Assembly (NCBI GenBank): GCA_964016885.1
Contig: OZ024740.1
Location: forward strand, 49,476,001-49,540,000
Origin: Eledone cirrhosa
Lineage: Eukaryota
Direction of reading: 5' to 3'
Length of the DNA stretch: 64,000 bases
Shown one piece after another: positions 46,497 to 60,084 of this stretch. The position numbers and the translations under genes were made by a program. Under the pieces are notes generated by a model. The model did not search any database and was not told where the DNA came from. It saw only the letters and a program-made list of their open reading frames with translations. Within the stretch, counting starts at the first letter, position 1, and every line of letters starts with the position of its first letter.

Positions 46497-47239
46497 GTAG
46501 CAGAATGGCCCGGCGTTGCTCGGGATGTGCTCTAGGGTTCTTATATTTTTGATATATATTTATAAATACGTTTGTTTATATTTTGTTATTGTGTATGCAA
46601 AAAAATCTGTACACGAATATATAATTATATATATATATAACAGTACAGAGAAGTACGGAATACCTCGGCCTCGGGACGGTGTCTACATTTTGTGCTTATA
46701 AAAAAAATTCGTCGTAGATTACAAGGGGTTTTTTTCCGTGCGAATAAAATCAATACTTTATCGCGAAATAAATACTTTTGTTTATATTTTGTTACTGTGT
46801 ATGCGAAAATATCTGTACACGAATATATAATTATCACCCTTAACGGGATCTTCTGAAACTAAAATTAAAAAAATCAATCTGTGAACGCAGAAGTAAATAT
46901 TTCGAAAAACGTTACACACTATATATATATACACACACACTATATATACACACCGCGTCATAATGTCGTAATCCAAACAGCCAGACATACAAACAGATAC
47001 GGGCGCAACGTATATCTATGTATCTAAAGAGAGAAAGAGTAAGAATTATAGAGAGAGATCGCTAAATTGCGTAATGCGATCCCTAGGGCATTGAACATTT
47101 GAAATTTTCTTTTCTTAAAACACTCACAGGACCATAAGTATTACCTGTGTAAAGTTTGAGAACAATCGGTTGGGTGGTTCTCGAGTTTTAGTGATCGGAC
47201 AGACAGACAGACAGACATTCTCTATTTTAGATATATAGA
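46497..47239 (-). mobile_element. Non-autonomous Helitron
   Basis: gcccggcgttgctcggg hairpin; (cagac)n..tatatagat end; internal identity to 28900-29170. Confidence 0.8.
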
Positions 47240-47499
47240 TGATCAACGACTGCATTTTCCAATGTCCCCTTCCATTTTAAGGCATTTACCACTGTTCCAA
47301 TTTAAGTGTATTGATTAGTATACATTAATGCATATATTCTTATACTGGGCGCTTTCGTATATGTAACAAATCATTATAAATGTGGTAAGGGTCCTGTATA
47401 TGTAATGTGTGTGTGACAGCTCACACCTATGCAGGTTTAGCTGGCCTCCTCCAAGGTATATCTCGTTTGAGGTGTCTTGGGTAATTTAATGATAAGGAC

Positions 47500-47653
47500 C
47501 CCAGTCCTATCATCTCATTTTTACAGCTGAGTAAACTGGAGCAACGTGAAATAAAGTGTCTTGCTCAAGGAAACAACACATCACCCGGTCCGAGAATTGA
47601 ACTCACAACCTTTCGATTGCAAGCCCAATGCTCTAACCACTAAGCCATACGCC
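47500..47653 (-). mobile_element. SINE family B
   Basis: matches 18670-18765. Confidence 0.8.
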
Positions 47654-48633
47654 ATTACATATATATAATGTAGTGAACTTAAACACTTCGATCAATTGAG
47701 ATTCTTCGAGCCAGGAGTAGAGAAAATCTTTCGCTAGGGTTTCTTTTTAAGATCATAAAACAAACAAGTTCAACGGACATTTTAGGACAATATAGAAAAT
47801 TGATCTGATCTTTAAAACACGGCAGGGTCACACAACTGATCCCATTGAATTTATCTCGGTTGTTGTTTTTAGATTTTTTATAGAATGTTTGATTATTAAT
47901 TACTTGGATAATCTCAGTTAATCGAAGTGTTAGTATTTGGTATGTAGAACAGCCTCACGAGTTTTTCACATTCATTGTCACTACATTCCCCCTATTTCCA
48001 TTTATATGGATCACACTTAGTTTTGTTATCTGAGCAGATTATACTTACCTAATGAGGTATAATAAGACCGAAACATGTCCTTTGATTTCATAAGTTGGCT
48101 TTGCAATATCTATATTGTTCACAACTTTCAATTAACTGATATTATTGGAGATATTTCCCCTTTACTTGTTTTTAGAATGTTGGGATAATACCAGCTGATC
48201 AAAGATATGTTTAGCTTAATATTGTACATAGTATATAGAACTTCCCTTTGGAGAGTTCTACTATCAGCTATTTTACTAGAAAATAAATGTATACGATTTA
48301 TACATATTACATGAAATATGTTTTCTGATCAACTTCAAGTAACCTAGCACTTAGGAATACATACGTTTTGTCGTATGTACGTATCGTGTACGAATTGAAG
48401 TAATATCATTAGAAATTGTAGTAATATTTTAGAATTTCACCGTCAATTTGTTGTACTTCTAATATTGAATATGGAATAATCTAAACTTTTGCGTTGCTGC
48501 GTTGAATTTTGAACATTCAATTGTGTTCAAAATTGACAATTCGTAAGTAGAGGTATTTAATTCAAGCACCGCTCACACAAACATACACAAACACACACAT
48601 GTACACACACATTCAAACCCACACGTACACACA

Positions 48634-48737
<104 letters not shown>

Positions 48738-48907
48738 TATAAGAATTTCCTCTGCATGCCTGCTGCCAGGAACGCATGCGAGGTTTTCCGTTCTTCAGAG
48801 AGGTGCATCTTCACTGGATGGAAAGAATACATCGCGGGGTCACGACTGGTAGTTGTAAGATCAATCGGCTGAAATTTGCGGTCGATATGGTGTTACCTAT
48901 CTCGTCA

Positions 48908-48971
<64 letters not shown>

Positions 48972-49369
48972 AAGAATCATCTGTACTCTACCAACATGCT
49001 AAAATAGTACATAAGGGTAAATTAGAGAACATAGAAATAAAAATATAATCTACACACAGAAAAGACGCAATGTTTACACAAATCACAGAGGCAATAAACA
49101 TAAATGAACTCAAACCAAAATTAAATAGAAAACATGAGTGGAACAGCAACATCACAACTTACAATTAAGGACAATATGAAAACACACACGCACATAGAAC
49201 AAACAACCAAACAGTAACATGTAAATAAACAAATAAATAAACGAATATAAACACACACAGACACCCGGATGTAACACATGTGCAAACTAAGCACACAACA
49301 CACACTCAAAAACAAGATGGCGTAGGACAGAACAAAGGAGAGGCACAAAAACAAAGAAAAGAATCCCCA

Positions 49370-49412
49370 GTCACTGAAGAGGTCACATAATGTGTGATGA
49401 AAGAACTTTGAC
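49370..49412 (+). ncRNA. Minimal type I hammerhead ribozyme
   Basis: GTCA-CTGAAGA-g-GTCAC-ataatgt-GTGAT-GAAAG-aa-CTT-TGAC, inside a TA-flanked unit (~48970-49605). Confidence 0.7.
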
Positions 49413-49603
49413 AATATATATACAATCATCTGGTTATGGACCCAACCAACCAGCCAGAAATTTATAAATTTATTATAATAAATTGAAGTGAAAGCAACTG
49501 GTACGTGTGTTTCTTATTGGCAACATGACCCTCCCAAAGTATAACAATATCGGTTTCAACACACGTTTCCAGATAAAGAATCTTGCTAAACAAATTCAGA
49601 AAC

Positions 49604-49669
<66 letters not shown>

Positions 49670-50190
49670 AATCAGGAAAGAAAGTTTACATGGTTTGCTA
49701 TACAAAAAGGTTTTTAATCACATAGCTTACATTTGTTTCACTGAACTGGTATGTCTAGAGATCGCTATCCGCCTAATTTTGCGTCACTCGATCGCCAATA
49801 CAGAATTATAACCAGTCAGATCTTCGGAGCATGCGAGAATGAAGAAAATACACAGGCAAGAAAAGAAAAGAAAATATGGAGTAGTTATGGCATTCAATTA
49901 GAACAATAACAACAACAATTATTACAACAATGCTATCAATAAACTATTTAAGGAGACCCTGACATTACTTAGGTGGGGGGTATATAATGTATCTAATGTT
50001 ACGGCGTGAAAACCAGCTGTCATAAGGCAAAAAGTATCGTAGTGTGTATCAATTTTAAATTATAAAGATAAGCTAGTTTTTACAGTCTTTCTCTTCATCT
50101 TCAACAGTATACATGAGTGGGACCACTGTCAAAGCTCAATAGTTGTAGAGTTAATACAGAGGTTAACGAATTAATATACGCATATATCTA

Positions 50191-50236
<46 letters not shown>

Positions 50237-50564
50237 AATATATATACACATATATGTGTACATAGACACATACATACACATCAATATACACTCGTACAAA
50301 AATATACATACATGCAAAGAGAAAAGCGTGCTAATTGTAATTATGGCAAAAAGAAGGTAAAGTAACATTGTAGTAGTGAAATGAGAAAAACTAGGATCTA
50401 GGATCAAATGATTGCAGCAGCTGAGAAGGAGTAAGATTGTTGGTAGATGAGGTATTTACAGACAATTGTGTGGTATAGACTTGTGAAGGAAATAGTATAC
50501 TTAATGAATATATTTCTGTGGGTAGTAGGTATCCTAATTTAAAGCTATGTTATGTTGGTTCAAT

Positions 50565-51452
50565 TCACGGAGGTTTGAATCTTATGAATTTAGTGGCTAT
50601 TCTATGTCTGCAGAAGATAGATCTTTCTAACTTATTATTAAGTAGCCTTTTAACATTTCTAAGGATATACAATAGCTCAAGATCACACAGCCCGCAATAG
50701 GACATCCCTGTACTATAGGTTTTAGCAGCCGACAACTTCGACCAGTTGATAGTGTAGCTAGCGTTGCTGTCCTCCAATTCCCATATTTTTCTGGCGAGGG
50801 TGGTGGAACCCATAAGTGCTCGTTTTTTCATTGAGTGCCTGTGCACATACCATCTTTTCTTAAAAGAACCCGCGGTGGATCCTATGTAATTCCAGGTGGA
50901 GTTACCCGAGATGACAGTGCACATGTACACCAGGCTCGAATCGAGACATCTGTTCGCCAATGGGCACCTATCTGGGAGGTGACAGTTGCAGTTTGAGGCG
51001 CTATTTTGTGCAGCTTTTACATTCCTATTTAGTACCCTGTTATAAGTGGGTTGTGATATATGCCCAATGGGGTTTTGCTGCTGCGCGTTTGTATGCGCTT
51101 GTGGTTGTGATGTTGTGATGAGTTTGTGCTTATGTATAGGTGCAATTGATTTACTTGAGATATTTCTGTGGTTGATCTTGCGTATGTGTGATTCTATGTT
51201 AGCTGCTGTTGAGAAAGAGAGTTTTATAGTAGATCCATTGAGTATTTTGTGATATCTATGCGAGATAGGGAAGTGTTTATCTATTAGTTTAAAGAATGTA
51301 GAGGGCAGTCTAGTTTTTATAGAGGAGTTGAATATTGGGTTGAACCATAGGTATTTTCTTTGTCTGTTTCTTCTATTGTTTCTAGGGTTTACGTTATTAG
51401 TGTTTTGGCCGTTTACTCTGGGTGTTACATGTCTAACCCTATGTCTAGTCAA
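50565..51452 (-). CDS. PLE polyprotein C-terminal fragment: linker plus GIY-YIG endonuclease (Naiad-like), 5'-truncated
   Basis: RKYLWFNP..F.KLIDKHFP..H.YHKI; CNC-x5-C-x5-C; LVY.C..YIGST..FKKRW..H; CGLC..E..LLN..E..CRH. No stops over 295 codons; the TTG start is not a real initiator. Confidence 0.88.
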   Translation of the reverse strand: MTRHRVRHVTPRVNGQNTNNVNPRNNRRNRQRKYLWFNPIFNSSIKTRLPSTFFKLIDKHFPISHRYHKILNGSTIKLSFSTAANIESHIRKINHRNISSKSIAPIHKHKLITTSQPQAHTNAQQQNPIGHISQPTYNRVLNRNVKAAQNSASNCNCHLPDRCPLANRCLDSSLVYMCTVISGNSTWNYIGSTAGSFKKRWYVHRHSMKKRALMGSTTLARKIWELEDSNASYTINWSKLSAAKTYSTGMSYCGLCDLELLYILRNVKRLLNNKLERSIFCRHRIATKFIRFKPP

Positions 51453-51609
51453 GCTATTCCTATTATTATGTGATTGCCATAATTACAATTAGCACGCTTT
51501 TCTCTTTGCATGTATGTATATTTTTGTACGAGTGTATATTGATGTGTATGTATGTGTCTATGTACACATATATGTGTATATATATTTATATATATGTGTG
51601 TGTGTGTCT

Positions 51610-51677
<68 letters not shown>

Positions 51678-52033
51678 AGATATATGCGTATATTAATTCG
51701 TTAACCTCTGTATTAACTCTACAACTATTGAGCTTTGACAGTGGTCCCACTCATGTATACTGTTGAAGATGAAGAGAAAGACTGTAAAAACTAGCTTATC
51801 TTTATAATTTAAAATTGATACACACTACGATACTTTTTGCCTTATGACAGCTGGTTTTCACGCCGTAACATTAGATACATTATATACCCCCCACCTAAGT
51901 AATGTCAGGGTCTCCTTAAATAGTTTATTGATAGCATTGTTGTAATAATTGTTGTTGTTATTGTTCTAATTGAATGCCATAACTACTCCATATTTTCTTT
52001 TCTTTTCTTGCCTGTGTATTTTCTTCATTCTGG

Positions 52034-52146
52034 CATGCTCCGAAGATCTGACTGGTTATAATTCTGTATTGGCGATCGAGTGACGCAAAATTAGGCGGAT
52101 AGCGATCTCTAGACATACCAGTTCAGTGAAACAAATGTAAGCTATG
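52034..52146 (+). ncRNA. Hammerhead ribozyme variant with long stem II (inverted copy 49721-49833)
   Basis: CATGCT-CCGAAGA-T-CTGA-CTGGT..~60 nt..ACCAG-t-TCAG-T-GAAAC-aaat-GTA-AGCtATG. Confidence 0.72.
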
Positions 52147-52367
52147 TGATTAAAAACCTTTTTGTATAGCAAACCATGTAAACTTTCTCTCCTGATTTAT
52201 TATTACTCCAAGTGTTTACAGCATAGGAATTATAGCATACCCGCAGCATCACTATGAAAACGCCTTGTTGAGTCAAACCAAGCCAAGCGTTAATATCATC
52301 CACTACCTGGAATACCATAACTGGACTTCACCTAAGTGGACTGCATTTAACTATTATTTGTTAATCC

Positions 52368-52409
<42 letters not shown>

Positions 52410-52674
52410 GATGTTATATATATATATATATAAACGGAAAAAAATGAAACGAAATTTCATTTCTCACTCTTAGTACGGCTATTACTTAAATATAAGTATG
52501 TATACGTACATACATATATGTATACAGACGTACAGTAGTATGTATATATATATACATACATGCACACACATATATATGTACGTATGGATTCACTGAACAT
52601 TTATTATAATGCTCGTTAATATGCATAAAGAAAGAATATACTTTCAGACGTTCAATCATCTGGCAGGAAGGTAT

Positions 52675-52717
52675 ACGTTGCTGACGATAGCTAATAAGCT
52701 TGAAACTAGTACAGCGT
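52675..52717 (+). ncRNA. Minimal type I hammerhead ribozyme (family of 37003)
   Basis: ACGTTG-CTGACGA-T-AGCT-aata-AGCT-T-GAAAC-TA-GTA-CAGCGT. Confidence 0.85.
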
Positions 52718-52922
52718 TCCTTTGTCAGAGTTGAACAAATGAGCAACGATGGTTGCTAGACACTGTACGGCTTAATTCGGGATGTTTGTTTACAAACACA
52801 CCGAGCATTATAATAAATGTTCAGTGAATCCATACGTACATATATATATGTGTGCATATATGTATATATATATATACATACTACTGTACGTCTGTATACA
52901 TATATGTATGTACGTATACATA

Positions 52923-52973
<51 letters not shown>

Positions 52974-52975
<2 letters not shown>

Positions 52976-53592
52976 CATCACGCGGAATGAGCTCTCCGCT
53001 CTTCGCAACCTTTGGCGTCGCGATGACACTGTCATCAAACCCGCTGACAAAGGTGGCGCTGTGGTGGTTTGGAGCGTTGACCTCTATAGGCTGAGGCTCT
53101 CCGCCAGCTTCACAATACCCTTTTTTATCACCCTTTATCCTTCGAATCCACTCCTGGCTACCAACAACTCGTGTCCTCCACCATCCACGAAATCATCTCC
53201 TCCTCTCTCTTACCCCCCACAGCCACCAACCTTATTGTACGCACCCCTCGCACATCCACCATCTACTTCCTCCCCAAAATACACAAATAAAATAATCCCG
53301 GCCGTCCTACCGTTTCTGCGTGCAACTGCCTCACTGAGATAATTTCTGAATATTTAGACACCATGCTCGCCCCGTTGGTCGGCAATCTCCCCTCCCACAT
53401 CCACGATACAAATCATGCCCTTAGACTCTTCAACTCTTTCTCCTTCCCTCCTGGTCCCTCCCGTCTTCTCTTTACCCTGGACATCACCTCTCTCTATACC
53501 GTCATCCCTCATGATGACGGCCTCCGTGCTCTCCAACATTTTTTAGATTTACGCCCTACCCCTTACCACAGCACTACCACTCTTCTCCGTCT

Positions 53593-53593
<1 letters not shown>
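52974..53593 (+). pseudogene. PLE reverse transcriptase N-terminal fragment
   Basis: [27 protein letters not shown]; [16 protein letters not shown]; LFTLDITSLYTVIPH; frameshifted; bounded by (TA)n and (CA)n. Confidence 0.88.
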
Positions 53594-53647
<54 letters not shown>

Positions 53648-54544
53648 GAAATTGTTGCCTCCCACCATATCTCTCCAGGTTTTAGTGATCACAGCAAGAT
53701 AGGTGCTGTCTGGCTCCACAGATAGAAGGTCACTTACACAATGGAAGCTCAAAACGTAGAAACAATTCACAATCATTTATTTTTTGTAAAACAGTATGAT
53801 TGAATGCCAGTTTTAATAGTCCTCTGCACCCAATATAATCTGACAATTTCTCATAACATACACATATATCTCTTGATCAACCAAAGCGGCTTTCATCAAA
53901 TGATACATAAATGCCACAAATTTCCATTTTCTTTTTCCTATAATAATAAAAAATATCCTTTCATGTTATCTCTCCTGAATCGTTCTGATTGCTGTATGTA
54001 CTGCAGACACTAGTAGAAATTGGCGAGGGATGAAGCTCCAATCCATGAAGCGTTTCACATTTGAAGCTTGTCAACAGGAGATTATCCAAGTGGTAGCTTG
54101 ACCTACTAGAAGTAACAGCCAAATCTCCTTCAAATCACATCTTACTGACTTAAAGAAAACTAAATACATTATGCATCACATCAAAAAAAAAATAGAAGAG
54201 ATGTTTATTTCTGGAATACCTTTAATTATATATCTTTTCAGTCAGGGTTGACCTGGAGTTAAACAACAATATCAGCATCAACGGAAACAATAAAAAGAAC
54301 TAAAACGACGGAGTTCCTGAGATGAGAAATTACAACAAACGTAAGATGATGAGAAGCTTCTATTTCATTAATTAGATTTGAACTTATATTATTGAGTTTT
54401 TATCAATTTATAATGGTCCCAATACTCGACATGATAGTTGAAAAAAAAAAAAAAAAAGACGGGATCGTCATTTCTGGGATATGTTTTATCACAAGTTTGT
54501 TTCATGCTGGTCAATCTGGGTCTAAATAACAACAGCCAACAATA

Positions 54545-54720
54545 ACTGTTACTACTTTTGGCACAAGACCAGCAATTATCCCAGTGTATAACTGGTACTT
54601 TATTTTATCGACCCCATAAGGATGAAGGTCAATGTTAACCTCGGTGGGATTTGAACTCAGAACGTAAAGAACCATAACTCTATGAAGCATGGCGTCCGAG
54701 GCTCTACCGATACTGCCAAC
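54545..54720 (-). mobile_element. SINE family A
   Basis: reverse complement of the family consensus. Confidence 0.85.
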
Positions 54721-55801
54721 CCAACATGAGGTAACAATCTACAAGAAAGAGCAGTCCAATTACCTTCAAACAACAGTGTTGTCTTAAAAATGAAGGATAA
54801 ATTAGAGGAAAATATGAACAAGTGTGTTATTGTTAAAACTAAAGTTGTTAAAATTAGATTATAGGCCTGATAAATCAGGGGTGACCCAGCAGCAATAGCA
54901 GCTGCAGCAACAACATCGACAAAATAACTATAACAATAACTACAAGTCAATGTAGGAACCGTTATGTTGTCACGTAGCTGTAAAAGATGCATAAGTAAAT
55001 ATCACTACACATCTAGTTTTGTACTGTACAGATGAAGAATTTCAGGTTTGTAAGATGATGGAAAGGTAGCACGCCAGACTGAACATTCAAGGAGGCAGCG
55101 ATTTAGCAGTCCACTCTTTTAAGGCCGACAATATAAGTACCAGTCATGTAACTAAAGTTTTTAAAACCAACTATAACCATCTTAACCTCATACTGTCATC
55201 TTGTGTAACTAAAGTTGTTAAAATCAACTATAACCATCTTAATGTAATACTGTCATCTTGTGTGACTAAAGTTGTTAAAATCTAAACTATAATAAAGTAA
55301 GGAGTGCGGGACTGCATCCAGAATATATTTTTTGATCTCGTTTATAAAGTAAGTTGGATTACTTTGAATAAATAATGAATGAATATTACATAATTTATCT
55401 ACTAAATTTCGTGGCTGTTCATTAAATATATTTTATTGCTTATTTAAAGATTCACTTCTTTAAAATTTTCAAATGTCAACACTTCCGGTTAGCGATCGCT
55501 TAAATAAACATTCATATATTTCCGTCACTAATTTTTCTCCTAATGCAGTTTATATATAATATCGTCTTTTTTTTAATGTATCATGGACTACGTTACTGAT
55601 TAAATAAGAGAGTGTAACGTAGTCTTCGTTCAATTTTTGTGTATCATATCTACATGTATATATACTTGCGTATAATATCAATATACACACTACACATGCT
55701 AGCAGAAAACCAGCCGAAGGGTGGTTTTTATGCTAGTCAATTATAATCACCTTAACGTCATACTGTGATCTTGTGTGACTCCATCATGTTATACATGAAT
55801 G

Positions 55802-55990
55802 AGCGGTGGATTGGAAGTATCAGTAGAGAGTCGGACGCCATTCTTTGCAGCAAAGAGTTACGGCCCTTTATGGTCTGAGTTCAAATCCCACCAAGGTTAA
55901 CTTTGCCTTTCATCCTTACGGGGTCGATAAAATAAAGTACCAGTAATGTACTGGTTAATTGCTGGCCTTGTGCCTAAAGTAGAAACAATT
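55802..55990 (+). mobile_element. SINE family A
   Basis: A box, B box, core and tail. Confidence 0.9.
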
Positions 55991-56149
55991 ATGTTATACA
56001 TAGCACCAGCACCAGCACCAGTAGTTGTAGCAACACCTGTAGCAACAGTTCTAACCACATTACTAACAACAGCATAGTCAGCTGCACCAGGAGAAATAGC
56101 ATCATCGGTAACTCCTGTAGCCACGATGGCAACAGAGACGCCAGCAGCT

Positions 56150-59100
56150 GCAGAAATATCAGCAGCAGCAACAGCAACAACAACAACAGCATTAGCAGCA
56201 GCAGCATTAGCAGCAGCAGCATTAGCAGGACCAGTGGCAACAGTAACAACAACAACAGCAACAGCAACAACAACAGCAGCAGTAGCAGCAGCATTAGCAG
56301 GACCAGTGGCAACAGTAGCAACAACAGCAGCAGCAGCAGCAGCATTAGCAGGACCAGTGGCAACAGTAACAACAACAACAGCAACAGCAACAACAACAGC
56401 AGCAGTAGCAGCAGCATTAGCAGGACCAGTGGCAACAGTAGCAACAACAGCAGCAACAGCAACAACAACAGCAGCAGTAGCAGCAACAACAACAGCAGCA
56501 GCAGCATTAGCAGGACCAGTGGCAACAGTAGCAACAACAACAACAGCAGCAACAGCAACAACAACAGCAGCAGTAGCAGCAGCATTAGCAGGACCAGTGG
56601 CAACAGTAACAACAAGAGCAGCAGCAGCAACAGCAACAACAACAGCAGCAGTAGCAGCAGCATTAGCAGGACCAGTGGCAACAGTAGCAACAACAACAAC
56701 AGCAGCAATAGCAACAACAACAGCAGCAGTAGCAGCAGCATTAGCAGGACCAGTGGCAACAGCAACAACAACAGCAGCAGTAGCAGCAGCATTAGCAGGA
56801 CCAGTGGCAACAGTAGCAACAACAGCAGCAGTAGCAGCAGCATTAGCAGGACCAGTGGCAACAGTAGCAACAACAGCAGCAACAGCAACAACAACAGCAG
56901 CAGTAGCAGCAGCATTAGCAGGACCAGTGGCAACAGTAGCAACAACAACAACAGCAGCAATAGCAACAACAACAGCAGCAGTAGCAGCAGCATTAGCAGG
57001 ACCAGTGGCAACAGTAGCAACAACAGCAGCAGTAGCAGCAGCATTAGCAGGACCAGTGGCAACAGTAGCAACAACAGCAGCAGTAGCAGCAGCATTAGCA
57101 GGACCAGTGGCAACAGTAGCAACAACAGCAGCAGTAGCAGCAGCATTAGCAGGACCAGTGGCAACAGTAGCAACAACAGCAGCAACAGCAACAGCAACAA
57201 CAACAGCAGCAGTAGCAGCAGCATTAGCAGGACCAGTGGCAACAGTAGCAACAACAGCAGCAGTAGCAGCAGCATTAGCAGGACCAGTGGCAACAGTAGC
57301 AACAACAGCAGCAGTAGCAGCAGCATTAGCAGGACCAGTGGCAACAGTAGCAACAACAGCAGCAACAGCAACAACAACAGCAGCAGTAGCAGCAGCATTA
57401 GCAGGACCAGTGGCAACAGTAGCAACAACAACAACAGCAGCAATAGCAACAACAACAGCAGCAGTAGCAGCAGCATTAGCAGGACCAGTGGCAACAGTAG
57501 CAACAACAGCAGCAGTAGCAGCAGCATTAGCAGGACCAGTGGCAACAGTAGCAACAACAGCAGCAGTAGCAGCAGCATTAGCAGGACCAGTGCCAACAGT
57601 AGCAACAACAACAACAGCAGCAATAGCAACAACAACAACAGCAGTAGCAGCAGCATTAGCAGGACCAGTGGCAACAGTAGCAACAACAGCAGCATTAGCA
57701 GCAGCATTAGCAGGACCAGTGGCAACAGTAGCAACAACAGCAGCAACAGCAACAGCAACAACAACAGCAGCAGTAGCAGCAGCATTAGCAGGACCAGTGG
57801 CAACAGTAGCAACAACAGCAGCAGTAGCAGCAGCATTAGCAGGACCAGTGGCAACAGTAGCAACAACAGCAGCAGTAGCAGCAGCATTAGCAGGACCAGT
57901 GGCAACAGTAGCAACAACAGCAGCAGTAGCAGCAGCATTAGCAGGACCAGTGGCAACAGTAGCAACAACAGCAGCAGTAGCAGCAGCATTAGCAGGACCA
58001 GTGGCAACAGTAGCAACAACAGCAGCAGTAGCAGCAGCATTAGCAGGACCAGTGGCAACAGTAGCAACAACAGCAGCAGTAGCAGCAGCATTAGCAGGAC
58101 CAGTGGCAACAGTAGCAACAACAGCAGCAGTAGCAGCAGCATTAGCAGGACCAGTGGCAACAGTAGCAACAACAGCAGCAGTAGCAGCAGCATTAGCAGG
58201 ACCAGTGGCAACAGTAGCAACAACAGCAGCAACAGCAACAACAACAGCAGCAGTAGCAGCAGCATTAGCAGGACCAGTGGCAACAGTAGCAACAACAACA
58301 ACAGCAGCAATAGCAACAACAACAGCAGCAGTAGCAGCAGCATTAGCAGGACCAGTGGCAACAGTAGCAACAACAGCAGCAGTAGCAGCAGCATTAGCAG
58401 GACCAGTGGCAACAGTAGCAACAACAGCAGCAACAGCAGCAACAGCAACAACAACAGCAGCAGTAGCAGCAGCATTAGCAGGACCAGTGGCAACAGTAGC
58501 AACAACAGCAGCAACAGCAACAGCAACAACAACAGCAGCAGTAGCAGCAGCATTAGCAGGACCTGTGGCAACAGTAGCAACAACAGCAGCAACAGCAACA
58601 GCAACAGCAACAACAACAGCAGCAACAGCAGCAACAGCAACAACAACATCAGCAGCAGTAGCAGCAGCATTAGCAGGACCAGTGGCAACAGTAGCAACAA
58701 CAGCAGCAACAGCAACAGCAACAACAACAGCAGCAGTAGCAGCAACAACAGCAGCAACAGCAGCAACAGCAACAACAACAACAGCAGCAGTAGCAGCAGC
58801 ATTAGCAGGACCAGTGGCAACAGTAGCAACAACAGCAGCAGTAGCAGCAGCATTAGCAGGACCAGTGGTAACAGTAGCAACAACAGCAGCAACAGCAACA
58901 GCAACAACAACAGCAGCAGTAGCAGCAGCATTAGCAGGACCAGTGGCAACAGTAGCAACAACAGCAGCAGTAGCAGCAGCATTAGCAGGACCAGTGGCAA
59001 CAGTAGCAACAACAACAACAGCAGCAATAGCAACAACAGCAGCAGTAGCAGCAGCATTAGCAGGACCAGTGGCAACAGTAGCAACAACAGCAGCAGTAGC

Positions 59101-59970
59101 AGCAGCATTAGCAGGACCAGTGGCAACAGTAACAACAACAACAACAGCAGCAATAGCAACAACCACAGCAGCAGTAGCAGCAGCATTAGCAGGACCAGTG
59201 GCAACAGTAACAACAACAACAACAGCAGCAATAGCAACAACAACAGCAGCAGTAGCAGCTGCATTAGCAGGACCAGTGGCAACAGTAACAACAACAACAA
59301 CAGCAGCAATAGCAACAACAACAGCAGCAGTAGCAGCAGCATTAGCAGGACCAGTGGCAACAGTAACAACAACAACAACAGCAGCAATAGCAACAACAAC
59401 AGCAGCAGTAGCAGCAGCATTAGCAGGACCAGTGGCAACAGTAGCAACAACAGCAGCAACAGCAGCAACAGCAACAACAACAGCAGCAGTAGCAGCAGCA
59501 TTAGCAGGACCAGTGGCAACAGTAACAACAACATCTGCTGCATCGACAGCCACAGCAGCATCAACAGCATCAGCAGCATCAACAGCATCAGCAGCAACAT
59601 CTGCTACAGTGCAGCAGCAGCAGCATCAACAGCCACACAGCATCAACAGCCACACAGCATCAACAGCCACAGCAGCATCAACAGCATCAGCAGCAACATC
59701 TGCTACAGTGCAGCAGCAGCAGCATCAACAGCCACACAGCATCAACAGCCACAGCAGCATCAACAGCCACATCAGCAATAACATCTGCTACATCAACAGC
59801 AGCAGCAGCATCAACAGCCACAGCTGCAACAACATCTGCTACAGTGCAGCAGCAGCAGCAGCAACAGCCACAGCAGCAACAACATCTGCTACAGTGCAGC
59901 AGCAGCAGCATCAACAGCCACAGCAGCAACAACATCTGCTACAGTGCAGCAGCAGCAGCAGTGGCAGCAG
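56150..59970. repeat. ~3.8-kb GCA/ACA-derived minisatellite with a 51-bp core unit
   Basis: unit gcagcagtagcagcagcattagcaggaccagtggcaacagtagcaacaaca with variable GCA/ACA spacers; a different sub-array begins at ~59530. Confidence 0.95.
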
Positions 59971-60084
59971 TGATCTCAATGGTTATTTGTGTTTCATATT
60001 TATCTTTTATTCAAACTATTTCTGGCCACTCAACTTCTGTCAATATACATTCATTGTTGGCCATCTACCTAAATCGGAAGCCAA

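Larger units (their letters stand above)
49665..52368. mobile_element. Penelope-like retroelement insertion with inverted pseudo-LTRs (49665-50349 / 51474-52205), in (TA)n
   Basis: ~700-bp nearly identical inverted arms flank an endonuclease ORF; ~160-bp tail after the right arm; TA tracts on both sides. Confidence 0.9.

Noticed and set aside
48870-48910. Minus-strand CTGACGA plus hairpin
   Set aside because: Followed by GACC rather than GAAA; no stem III
50565-51452. Selenoprotein-type Naiad with UGA recoding
   Set aside because: Cys positions use TGY codons, the only UGA is terminal, and no convincing SECIS is seen
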